44,176 nt of DNA, from positions 38,982,366 through 39,026,541 of the forward strand of contig NC_068995.1 in assembly GCF_001194135.2 (NCBI RefSeq), written 5' to 3'. Positions within the stretch are counted from its first letter, which is position 1, and the number at the start of each line of letters is the position of its first letter. The translations under genes and the position numbers were made by a program. Below the pieces are notes generated by a model. The model had not been told where the DNA came from and made no database searches. It saw nothing but the letters and a program-made list of their open reading frames with translations. The stretch is from Octopus bimaculoides. Taxonomy: Eukaryota. This document shows positions 12,640 to 22,255 of this stretch, piece after piece.

Positions 12640-13620
12640 TAGTAGATAATAATTTATCTTATCGATCTCAACAGGATGACAGTCGAATTCGACCCCAGCA
12701 GAATTTGAACTCAGAATCGGAAGGAATATCGCTAGGCATTTTTGGCTGACGCTCTCATGGTCCTATTCATCCGCTGTCTTTTTTTATTAGTACCGCGCAC
12801 CTGATTTTTTCACAAGGGCAGCTAAAAAATGTCATGTACATTTCTATGCGCTACCGTTACAGCCATCTCGCCGGTCTCCTAAAGTGAGTATTAATTTTCT
12901 CTAGTTGTTTGGTACAAGACCAATAATTGACAAGAGAAGGAGAGGATGATTATATGGACACCAGAATAGAATAGATATTTATTTTATCAACCGGGAATTG
13001 AAAGACAACGTTGACCTTTGTAAGATGTGAGATAAGTACGTAAGACGTCCGTACAAATGCCGTTAAAGATTTTATCCGACGCACTAACAAGTCTGCCTCT
13101 TTCCTAGTAAAGACACCTGAACTAAAATTGGTACTTAATTTATCCTCGCCGAAAGGATGAAATGTAAAGTCAACCTCGAAGGAATTTGATCTCAGAACGC
13201 CAAGACGAACAAAATGCTGATTATAATATGGTCCAGCATGGTAATGAATCTGACCCCTTAATAATGGTTTGAAATTTTGGGAAAAGCCACCAATCTCGGA
13301 AGATGCAATAAGTCGCTTACCTTGACTAAAGTGTTCAGTTGGTTCGTATTTTATCGACTGCGATTTCATGAAACGCAAAGTTGACCTCTGTGGCACTTCA
13401 AAGTGAAAATAGCACGTTAAGCATTTTGTCAGATGCGGTAATGTTCCTACTATCTCACCACCTCAATAACAATTGTACGTATCCAGAATCTTTAGGGTAA
13501 GTCCTAGGTTGACCCAATGCTTGACCTGTACTTATTTTATCATGTCCGCAAGGGTAAAATGTAACGTCGATCACGGTGGCATTTTAACTCAGAACGTAAA
13601 TCTAATAATGTCAATAAAAT
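12640..13620 (-). mobile_element. Cluster of five diverged, co-oriented copies of one tRNA-derived SINE
   Basis: Recurrent motif (tactt)atttatc...gaaaggatgaaa...aaagtcgacctc...gaatttgaactcagaac at ~12655, ~12985, ~13130, ~13345 and ~13530; the minus strand reads gttctgagttcaaatt (B box). Confidence 0.75.
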
Positions 13621-14749
13621 TCAGAACTGCTATCTATCGATCTATCCTATTTTCCCACCACTTACAATATGTATATAAATATGTAATTCCTTTGTGATTT
13701 AGTGTTGTTCCTCGATTTAACAGGTATATAATTCCAAAGGCAGTATATCACATATTTTTGTCAAATTGTATAAAACCAAGGAGACCACAAATGCAAATGT
13801 TGATTTAACGTTCAAGATGTATTTGATTTCTTTGGATTTTCATTTTTCTTAGAGCAGAAAAATTTCATTCTACTGTAATAAAAATTTATGAAATTCGGAA
13901 TATAGCCCTGTATATCACATATTTTCTTGGAATATAGTCATGTATCGTTTTGATAGTTCAGAGTGCACTTTATATATGATTTGCTATTTTACGAGTAGTT
14001 TCCCTAATTTAATGTGAATTACGCCACATTTATACTGCAAACGAAACATGGAAGTGTCCATTGCAGTGGATTCCCGGGGTCCTCTAGTACCATTTATGTT
14101 ATGAATTTGCCCAAAATATTTATACTCATTCCATATTTCTTCTCTATTCTGTAATTCATATAAAAATATACAGGCCATCATATAGGCCCTATATGTATTC
14201 TGTTTTAAGTTCAAGTCTTGCAGTTCACTAAACATGAGTTCACATACAGAACACGTAATGTTTTGTATCTATATGACCTTCAGTTTCCTCAATAGTCGAA
14301 GACCATTTTACGCTGGTTGACATTGGTTTGCAATACTTGAAAAACATTTGTCATTTGAAAGGCTCGGAGTAGAAAACAGTAAAATCGATTCATTATTATT
14401 CTTCATTCTATCCTTTCATGGAGGACGAAAACTAATAAATTGGTGGCATAACAGCAACCGTAAAGTAAAGCAGTTACTCCTCAGGTTCTAAATGAATTGT
14501 TATCAATGGACGCAATATTGCTTCAACTATAAGATCTGAATCTTATAAAGACAGTTATAAAGAATATAATTTTAAAGGTAAAAAGGAAATATTTTCCATG
14601 TTTAACTACCAGAATTTATGTCGAATGCTCGGCCATTGTGGCACTTATACATGTAATCTAGAGCAATTCAAATTTTTATTATATTATGAAACAGAAAATC
14701 TACCTGAAAACAGTCCTTTGGGGGAGGGGGTGTTTTTCATTTTTTTATT

Positions 14750-16125
14750 GAATTGGTGGTGTTGACGGAAATGCAGAATGTCAATATCACAGAATAGAGG
14801 TTGAAATGTTTACAATGAAGAATTTAAAAGTCCAATTTATTTACGTTGATGTTTTGGTCCATCTGATAGGTTCCTACCATATTCTTATTGTAATTATATA
14901 CTGCCAAGGAATTGGTACTCTATGTGTTTGGTTTCCCATGAATGATGGATTCCACTGTCACAAAAGCGTTATCCTTCCATCTGGTGATATTTGTATCATT
15001 GGATTCCAGGACTCCGGTGATAGTCTCTGAGGAGACTCATTTGCTTTTATCAAAACAGCGTACAGACGAAATAGGACATGAAGCATCTAATCTGGTTGCT
15101 CTCACTGTACTAGTACCATTGTATCCCAAATTTTGAGTTGATTTATAAGTGGAACTCATGTGAACAAGTTATCAAAATATACATGATAAGGAAGGTGTTT
15201 TTTTTCATCAGTGTTGGTATCCAGTAAATGAAGTACTGTTGATGAACACTTTCCAGAAATCGATTCTAATTCTGCATTTCTACAGTAGGTCTTACCTTGA
15301 TAGGGATCAAAGTCTATTAGATATCCTGCAGGCGAATTTTGAGAACAGATTTTGTAGGTTTATTGCGATTAGATTACTTGCTGCATCATGTGAAATACCT
15401 GATGTTGGAACAAAATGTTCCATAAATTTATTTTGTAAATGAGACTGAGCAGTCGCAGTTTTACAAATTCATCACTTTTATTTATATCATCTGCAGCATT
15501 GAAGTGGAGACAACGCATCATAGCATCCAACCGGTCGCGTCTCATAACATTGCTGATAGCCTCATCGAACGTATCTTATGTATGCGACCCATACATATAG
15601 CGACGAGGTAATTGATTATATCTTGAAACTATGAGAATTGCAAGGAACACTTTGAATTCATTCAAGGATATATTTATATTAGTCCAGTTCTTCAAGCAGT
15701 ATTTTGTCATTTCCCTCATTGAGTGCTCAATATATCATTGTCATAGACTAGCTCAAATAATTCCACTTCACTAAAATCCCTATATTTTGAAAAGTTACGC
15801 TCAGAGAAAATGGAGAGCATCACTTATGTTTCGGCCTTTTTCTAAACAATTGTGCCTTGTTTTCTTTCGTTTCCCGTTCCAGGAGTACTTTGTTTCTGCG
15901 TCACTTCATTATCTTTTGTTTTCGTACTTGGTGATTGCAGTTCTGCTGGGATGCGAAGTTGGTTGCTTGAGAGATGATGAGAGTGTTGAAGGGTATCAGC
16001 TTCATGTTTCCACATGTCCTAATCTGTCATGTTAGTAACCTCCCGTTGTACAATGAAAATATCATATGGGCCCTCAACTTTCTCTTCAAGAATACACAAC
16101 ATTTCATTCAAAAACAGTTCATGTT
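14750..16125 (-). pseudogene. piggyBac transposase pseudogene, PGBD3/PGBD2-like, near full length with stops and frameshifts
   Basis: Minus-strand translation: LFLNEMLCILEE...YDIFI...HLSSNQLRIPAEL; KYRDFSEVELFELVYDND; SLNEFKVFLAILIVSRYNQLPRR; VMRRDRLDAMMRCLHFN; GYLIDFDPYQGK; HLPYHVYFDNLFT; RWKDNAFVTVES; YNYNKNMVGTYQMDQNI; SVNN. These match the DDE_Tnp_1_7 motif order. Not shown in the ORF track. Confidence 0.92.
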
Positions 16126-16245
16126 TTCTGAAATAAGTACCAGGCTCACAAAGAATAAGTCCTGCGGTTGATTTGCTCGACTAAAGGCGGCGCTCTAGCA
16201 TGGCTGCAGTCAAATGACTATGTCAAGAAAAAGAGTAAAAGAATA
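16125..16245 (+). mobile_element. SINE 3' end inserted at the piggyBac start region
   Basis: aataagtaccaggctcacaaagaataagtcctgcggttgatttgctcgactaaaggcggcgctctagcatggctgcagtcaaatgact...aaaagagtaaaaga; same family as 43625-43870 (+) and 27760-27920 (-). Confidence 0.85.
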
Positions 16246-16247
16246 AT

Positions 16248-16452
16248 AGCACTTAGAAAGTGTAGACCTCCGCCAAGCAGCATGCCTGTCCCCACCCCCA
16301 TAGTTGGGTTTACATCGGATCACCTCCAACATCTGATCATATGTTTCTTATCTTATTTTGAACATTTCCTGAACATTTCCAAAATTCATCCATATCTGCC
16401 CGATGGACAAACCAACTTCGGCAAAAACATAACGCCCTTCGCAGATAGTATA
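16248..16452 (-). mobile_element. Helentron-associated non-autonomous element (HINE / DINE-1-like)
   Basis: Minus strand starts tactatctgcgaagggcgttatgtttttgcc...tttgtccatc, has gatgaattttggaaatgttcaggaaatgtt and ggaggtgatccgat internally, and ends ttggcggaggtctacactttctaagtgct. This is the typical subTIR + 3' end architecture of HINEs. Confidence 0.7.
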
Positions 16453-16543
16453 GAAAGAGAAAACTATGCTTCCATAGTTGAAAGTACATGTTCCAAGGAA
16501 AAAAAAAACACAATGTAGGAAATAACACGTTCTACTGAGTATT

Positions 16544-16947
16544 TCCTAGCGGTGCCAAATGACACCGTAAAATAATTCAACACAACAAACGTCAGTGCAA
16601 TAGATCTTATGTATTATTTTCATTTATTCCTATCTATAACAAAGTATTTAGATATTATTCTAATAAAATATAAGATATTTTGACCATATTCCTGAATGTG
16701 AAAACAAATAGTTACTTGCCTGTTTAGAGAAGTCATTTTCGCAGCATAGGATGTTTTTCACATTAACTGACAAGCACACATGCTCACTCTCCCATGGTCG
16801 TACAGATTCTAAACTGTTGCATCATACATTGAGGCAAGGACCATTCCTAACATATTCAATATATGTTCCATGGAAATTATTGTTCCTGTAGTTGTTATAA
16901 TTTTTGTTGTATACCCTTTTTTTCGGTACCGCATGGCACCGCTAGGA
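16544..16947. mobile_element. 404-bp element bounded by piggyBac-like TIRs
   Basis: tcctagcggtgccaaatgacaccg (16544-16567) versus reverse complement of 16924-16947, tcctagcggtgccatgcggtaccg: the first 14 bp are identical. TTAA immediately follows the right end (16948-16951); the left flank is tatt. Confidence 0.75.
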
Positions 16948-17969
16948 TTAAAAAATAGGCTAAAAAGAAACCGGATTGTGTATTTTCTGACGTTTTCCTT
17001 TCTTCTTTTTTGAGGAGATATTGAAGGTCGAAGAACCTTCAGATTGCAGATAATTGATTATCAAGACTTTCAGAAATTTTATAATGTCAAGTGAACCTTT
17101 TATAAATAATGGCATTGTGTATATTTAAGCGAAATACCACACTAAGAATTGAGGTGTCAGTATAAAATATATAAAATCCTCTGTCACGAAAGTATGTGCG
17201 TGCATGCCGTATGACACCGTAATCTCCCATTCAACATAAAATATCATGTTAGAAAAAAAAACAAAAAAAACAGGGTAAACGAATCAATAAGTGAACACTG
17301 GATCAACAGTTCTACATTATAGATGTGCTGGCAAAAGGAGGTGACCTTGGGTTAAACAATAACATTAACAATATGTCGAAGGTAAATACGGATTTTTAGT
17401 ATCATTCGTTACTAGCATTAACATTCTCTAACATTCATCGAAGATCGATAAGTTGAGTTGCAGAAAAAAGTCAGATGATAATGTAAAAATTACTGTATTT
17501 CCTTTCAAGAATTGCTTCTAAGATAAAATATCATGAAAAATAAAGAAAAAAAATAAGAAAAAGCGGGTAAAAGTAGGTAAAAATGTTAGTACTCAAGACT
17601 GTAGGCCAGGAGCAATTGTCATCATGGCGTCTCTTTAACAGAACAAATTTTATTCTGTAGAAATTATACTACAGGTTTGACATGTCTTATCTTACGGTAG
17701 ATTTGAATAGAATTGCTTTTCTTTCCTTTTTCCTTTTGTTTTTTTTTGTTATGTGTTTGATAAATCAATAATTGTCTATAAATGTGATTTTCTTAAGATG
17801 GGTACCGTAGAGATAAAATAAATCTCTTGTACTTCGACGATGACAGACTTTTGTTTTAGACTTGTAAGTTTGAAATAGTGCTGCGAATATACAAGACAGA
17901 AAATGAGAGAGAAATAAAGCTTTAAAAACAAATCAAGAAAATACTGTATGAGAAAGAGTATAATTGTAT

Positions 17970-18480
17970 GAGTGTATGCCTAATAGTTCTTTGGACAGTG
18001 CAGTATGGTGATGATGGAGGTTAATTAGTAAAACAATTACTGGCGGAAGAGTTAACAGGATACAGTTGGAAGAGCGACTAGGAAGTGATGATTATGGGAA
18101 AATGGTTAACTTGAAGTTATGTGGGCGTCGAAAATGTTGAATTACGTGTGAACAGTATTCGCAAATAAGAGTGGATGGAAATATGCTACTATAAATACAA
18201 TCATGTGGAAGACAGGTAGAGACACTAAATTAACATGGAATTTTGATAGAAGCTTTTAATTTATAGGAGGGAAATCTGATTGGCGGCTGTTGATGCTGCC
18301 ACCTACATTTAATTTCAGAGAAAGAGAGTTTAGTGAGAATTTTTTTTAAAAGCGTGGAGGTTCCTTTTACGGGGAGAGAAACAGCCAGGGTTTATAATGT
18401 TTTGTTATTTTTTTTAGTGGTTTCTTTCCTATGATTTAGTGAGCATATGAAATATTTCCTTATATTCATTTGTTTTTGTT
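17970..18480 (-). pseudogene. Highly degenerate CR1-type LINE RT C-terminal fragment
   Basis: Minus strand: LFLSRKRNLHAF ... CRWQHQ ... IYSSIFPSTLICEYCSHV, resembling CR1 LLSRKR ... LYKAQIRPTLEYCSHVW. Confidence 0.5.
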
Positions 18481-18989
18481 TTCAGTTAAATATGTTAGGA
18501 GTGGTAGAGAACGTTACTTCCCCCATCTTATGAGCACCACAGAACAACATAACTGGGGATCCTGAAATTGGCTGGACTATATTCATTAAAAACGCATAGG
18601 GATTATATACGATAATTTCTTTTCTTTTCTGTTTTACTCTCTTAACAGTGGAGAAAAGAAGCGAAGGGAAATATGCAGGATAATGAAGGCCTAAGAGCGT
18701 AATATGCATTTTCTTAAAAACCTAACATTTCTATCCCAGAATGGAATATTGTCTGAGGTAGATTGCTAACGACAGGCTTCATTTCTAACATAATGTTTTA
18801 TGCACTGTCCGATTTGTTAACTTTATCTATTATTTTTCATTTCCATACTAATATTTCATGTGTATTACTCAGAATTAATTTTCCTTTCCATGCATATTAC
18901 TGTTTAGTAGTACCTTAGTATTTAATGTGGATTTATTCTTTTAAAGCCTTAATACGGTACGTGGGTGCTTATATATATATCATTTCTTG

Positions 18990-19320
18990 GGCTTCCCTTG
19001 ATTCTTATAACGTTCCTTCCTCTTTTACCTCACTTGTACATTTCTGTATGTCCCTTTCCTTTCCTCTCGTACTTCTCTAATTCTTCAAACCATCTGTCCC
19101 CTCTCTCTCCTCTCTTTCCACGTGAGCGATATTCCGTCAAGCCTGACCTTTCTTTTTTGGTTCGACTTCCATGCCTGTAGCATTTTTTTATATGCCTTCC
19201 CATTTTCATCTCTTATAATCCTGTCGTAAGGCTTCACTCCACACACACTCCAGCTTAGTTTAGTTCGTCCTTAGTCGAAAGACACCTCACGCAGTGAGTA
19301 GCTTGTTCCCTTGTTTGAAC
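18990..19320 (+). repeat. Dispersed repeat, truncated copy of the family at 24560-25135
   Basis: Shared ctctctc..tccacgtga..ccgtcaagcctgacct..ttggttcg..cacacac..cagcttagtttagttcgtccttagtcgaaagacacct with 24690-24870. Confidence 0.8.
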
Positions 19321-19476
19321 GTGCATCAAGTATATTAGGACTGATAATAATATTGCAGCTTTTTAGTTTTGTATTATTATTAAATAATTAACAGAGGCTT
19401 TTCCATGTTGGCAGAACCCTTAAAATTTCGTTCAAACTTCGCACTTACATGTTTTTGCATGGAATGCAACACATTT

Positions 19477-19719
19477 TCATATAAATATTTCATATCTGTA
19501 ACTTATCAATTTTTTCCATTTTTGGCGCCAATATTGCGTGCTTGAAATTATTTTGTGTTCTTTTAAACGAGTACTTATATTAACCCATATGTTTTTGTTA
19601 TCTATCTCTAGAAAATTTAATGGAACTAAAGCCGCTGATGCTGTTTGCAATTCGACAAGTTTTTTCTCTTTATTTGTGAAAAATCTTCCCTTGATATTAT
19701 TTTTTTTATTAGATATTAC
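19477..19719 (-). pseudogene. Myb/SANT-like (trihelix, Myb_DNA-bind_4-type) DNA-binding domain remnant
   Basis: Open frame without ATG: VISNKKNNIKGRFFTNKEKKLVELQTASAALVPLNFLEIDNKNIWVNISTRLKEHKIISSTQYWRQKWKKLISYRYEIFI*. Fits FT-x2-E-x2-L-x-EL...K-x-IW-x2-IS-x2-L-x-E...Q-x2-R-x-KWK-x-L. Confidence 0.55.
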
Positions 19720-20564
19720 TTATGGAATAATTAAATTGTTCTCTCGCGTCACAATCATGCAATTAGATTCTGTATTTTGTTTATTTGCTATCATTTCACT
19801 TATAACTGCATTTATATTCATTTCCTATCTTCTCACATTTGCCAGAATTTAGATTATCAGATATCCAAGTTCTTTCTAGCTTTGTCTAATTAAATCAAGA
19901 TAATTGATGAAATATTACTCACGTCTCTTAATGTGCGATAAATCTTTCGAATCTCATATTAGAATATTGTATCTTTTAGTTATCACCTAATACATACTGC
20001 GTTCAAAATCTATTAATGATCACAACGTAACTCACCTCCGACTCCCAGGCTTTCTATCTTGTATCTATCAGCTTGTTTCTCTTTGACGTTCAGAGATACC
20101 TCTCACCATCTCAGTTTGTCCTTTAAACGCGTCTATACAGTCTTCTCAGATTTCTTCAAAGTATTTACACGGTTTCATTTACAGATTACGTGACACACGC
20201 ATCCTACAAATGTTCTAGATACAGCTCTGTTAAACAACCCCAACCTTGCATGAATTGCATGCAAGTCTAGTTAAACAAAATATATTTAAGGGTAAAGATT
20301 TTCTTCTGGCCAGCAAGACCAAAGACTATCAAATACAACATGTCATTACTCTTAGTTTAACCACTACTCAGGCACAGAAGAAAATATCAACATCAAGCAC
20401 AAGTGGCATAGTAAAGACTGGTAAACGATTCACACTCATACTTAGTGTAATCAGTATTGCCACATTTATCTAAAAGAAAGAAAAAGCTTGTACGAAATGT
20501 CAAAATCCACCCCATAGAATTCACAGCTGCATAAAGATTAAGAATTATGCGTCGGGTTCTTATA

Positions 20565-20655
20565 GGCGGATACACACTACAGATGGATCGATATATTTTA
20601 TGGTCGATCCCCAGTCGATCAGGAAACCTAGCGTGATCGGTCGTGTGTTCGACTC
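20565..20655. mobile_element. ~90-bp Harbinger-like MITE
   Basis: Left ggcggatacacactacagat; right end reverse-complements to gagtcgaacacacgaccgat. Internal palindrome ggatcga...tcgatcc. Flanks ata/aaa (a degenerate 3-bp TWA-type TSD is possible). Confidence 0.5.
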
Positions 20656-20965
20656 AAAATTATATTGACCAGGGAGTAATTCACATAAATTTATAATGCT
20701 TAATCTCGAAAGGTTCAATACTACAGAGTGAGTAACGAAGGTTCCATGTAACTTCCTGACTTATTTTTCCTTATTCCTGCATTCTGAATTTATATGGAGC
20801 TGCTTTCCTTAATTTATTGGTCGTTAATAAAAAAAAACAGTTTTTTATCTAGTCTTAGAAAACAATCAACAATGTTAGTGGCTTATGTCAGCCAGCAACA
20901 TTGAGTCGCTTTTTTCCATGGAAGGTGCTTTCAAATATGTTGAGTAGTATTTTAAGTATCTCGTT

Positions 20966-21037
20966 TATTGGCCAGGGATGTACCAATATGCTAAAAGCAT
21001 TTTCAGTCATGCCACGCTTGCTGGGCATCGTACAATT
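20966..21037 (-). pseudogene. PIF/Harbinger (DDE_Tnp_4) transposase motif remnant
   Basis: Minus strand NCTMPSKRGMTENAFSILVHPWPI resembles the Harbinger/HARBI1 signature FNYRLSRARRVVENAFGILxxRWRI, which contains the catalytic E. Confidence 0.5.
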
Positions 21038-21602
21038 TATGAAATCTTACCCTCTGCACAACCTTATATATACAGTTCACTGCTGAAAGTTGCTGTTTCT
21101 TACGTTAAGTATAGGTGCATTGGAATATTCATTGCTACAAAGTGTATTAAATTGGTAATAAAACAATCTAACAGCAATTCTTTCTGAACAAATTCAGACG
21201 CGAATATGAAATTATTTTCGATAACGAATGTAAACCTTGTCGTATACTTAACTCAAAATTAATTAATTACGAATTTTTTGACATTTACTACTAAGTTTAC
21301 AAAAGGGAAACAGTATTTGTATATTCTTGCCACATACCCAGTCGTGTATTTTACCCAATAAAAGGTTTTATTAGATTTCAAATTACGACAGGAACATCCC
21401 TGTTGCAAATGATTTGTAGTTCGAGCAACTCAGAACAGATTCGGAATCCCATCAAGATTCCTTGTTAATTTACTGAGCATGTTACAAATGTGAATATAAA
21501 AATCATACGAATGATTGGAATATATTCAAGTAAAGAGATAAAATAAAATATTCAATTACGAATTTCTTTATTTCTAATTTCAGGAAAGATGAACGTATTT
21601 TC

Positions 21603-21820
21603 TTAATGGCGCATCTTCATTAGGACAGTGCAAATATTGAGTAGAGAAAAGCTGATTGGCTAGTTCAATTTTTGGCCCTGATGTTATTTCGAATATTTTA
21701 CATTCATATGTGATTTGTTTAATTTTATTCATAAATATAAATGAGATTTGAAACACAAAACCGAAGATACCAATCAGCAGATGTTTCTACTTGCCTTAGC
21801 ACTTGCCAATTCGCCTTTAA
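21603..21820. mobile_element. ~220-bp degenerate fold-back MITE
   Basis: agtagagaaaagctgattgg (21640-21659) versus reverse complement of 21770-21791, agtagaaacatctgctgattgg; outer ends ttaatggcg / cgcctttaa. Confidence 0.55.
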
Positions 21821-22190
21821 GCTCTAAAATGAATAACGTTGTATCGTAATAAAGTTAAGTATTCCTGATGCCCTTGAGGCAAGCAAAGAAATTATTGAAA
21901 TTGATTTCTGTTCCTTATGTAGAAGGTCAATTTGTTGCAAGGAAGTCGATTAGATGAACGCTTGCTTTTGATAATAGCGGTTTTTCTAGATCATTCACAG
22001 GAAGATATCGATAATAGCAGAATTTTGAGTGGGAACATAGAAGGACAAGATTAAATACTATATAGATTTGAGTAGAGAAAGCAATACGAATATAGATTTC
22101 TACTCGATGACTCAAGACCAGATATTTTAGATGTAACTGATGATTAAATCGATTTTCATCATATTATCGGTACTTATTTTATCGATCATA

Positions 22191-22255
22191 GAAGAAGAAG
22201 AAGAAGAAGAAGAAGAAGAAGAAGAAGAAGAAGAAGAAGAAGAAGAAGAAGAAGA
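22191..22255. repeat. (GAA)n microsatellite
   Basis: Perfect run directly visible. Confidence 0.98.

Noticed and set aside
12950-13396. 148-aa minus-strand ORF
   Set aside because: Lies entirely across stacked SINE copies; no protein motif recognised.
14191-14253. C2H2 zinc-finger-like spacing CSVCELMFSELQDLNLKQNTY (minus strand)
   Set aside because: Both His ligands are absent (K, Y), it is a single isolated unit with no linker, and a CxxC-x3-F-x5-L pattern is expected about once by chance in six frames of this length.
19538-19852. Hydrophobic 104-aa + strand ORF resembling a membrane protein
   Set aside because: It is the antisense shadow of the A-rich minus-strand Myb/SANT-like frame; hydrophobicity follows from T-rich codons.
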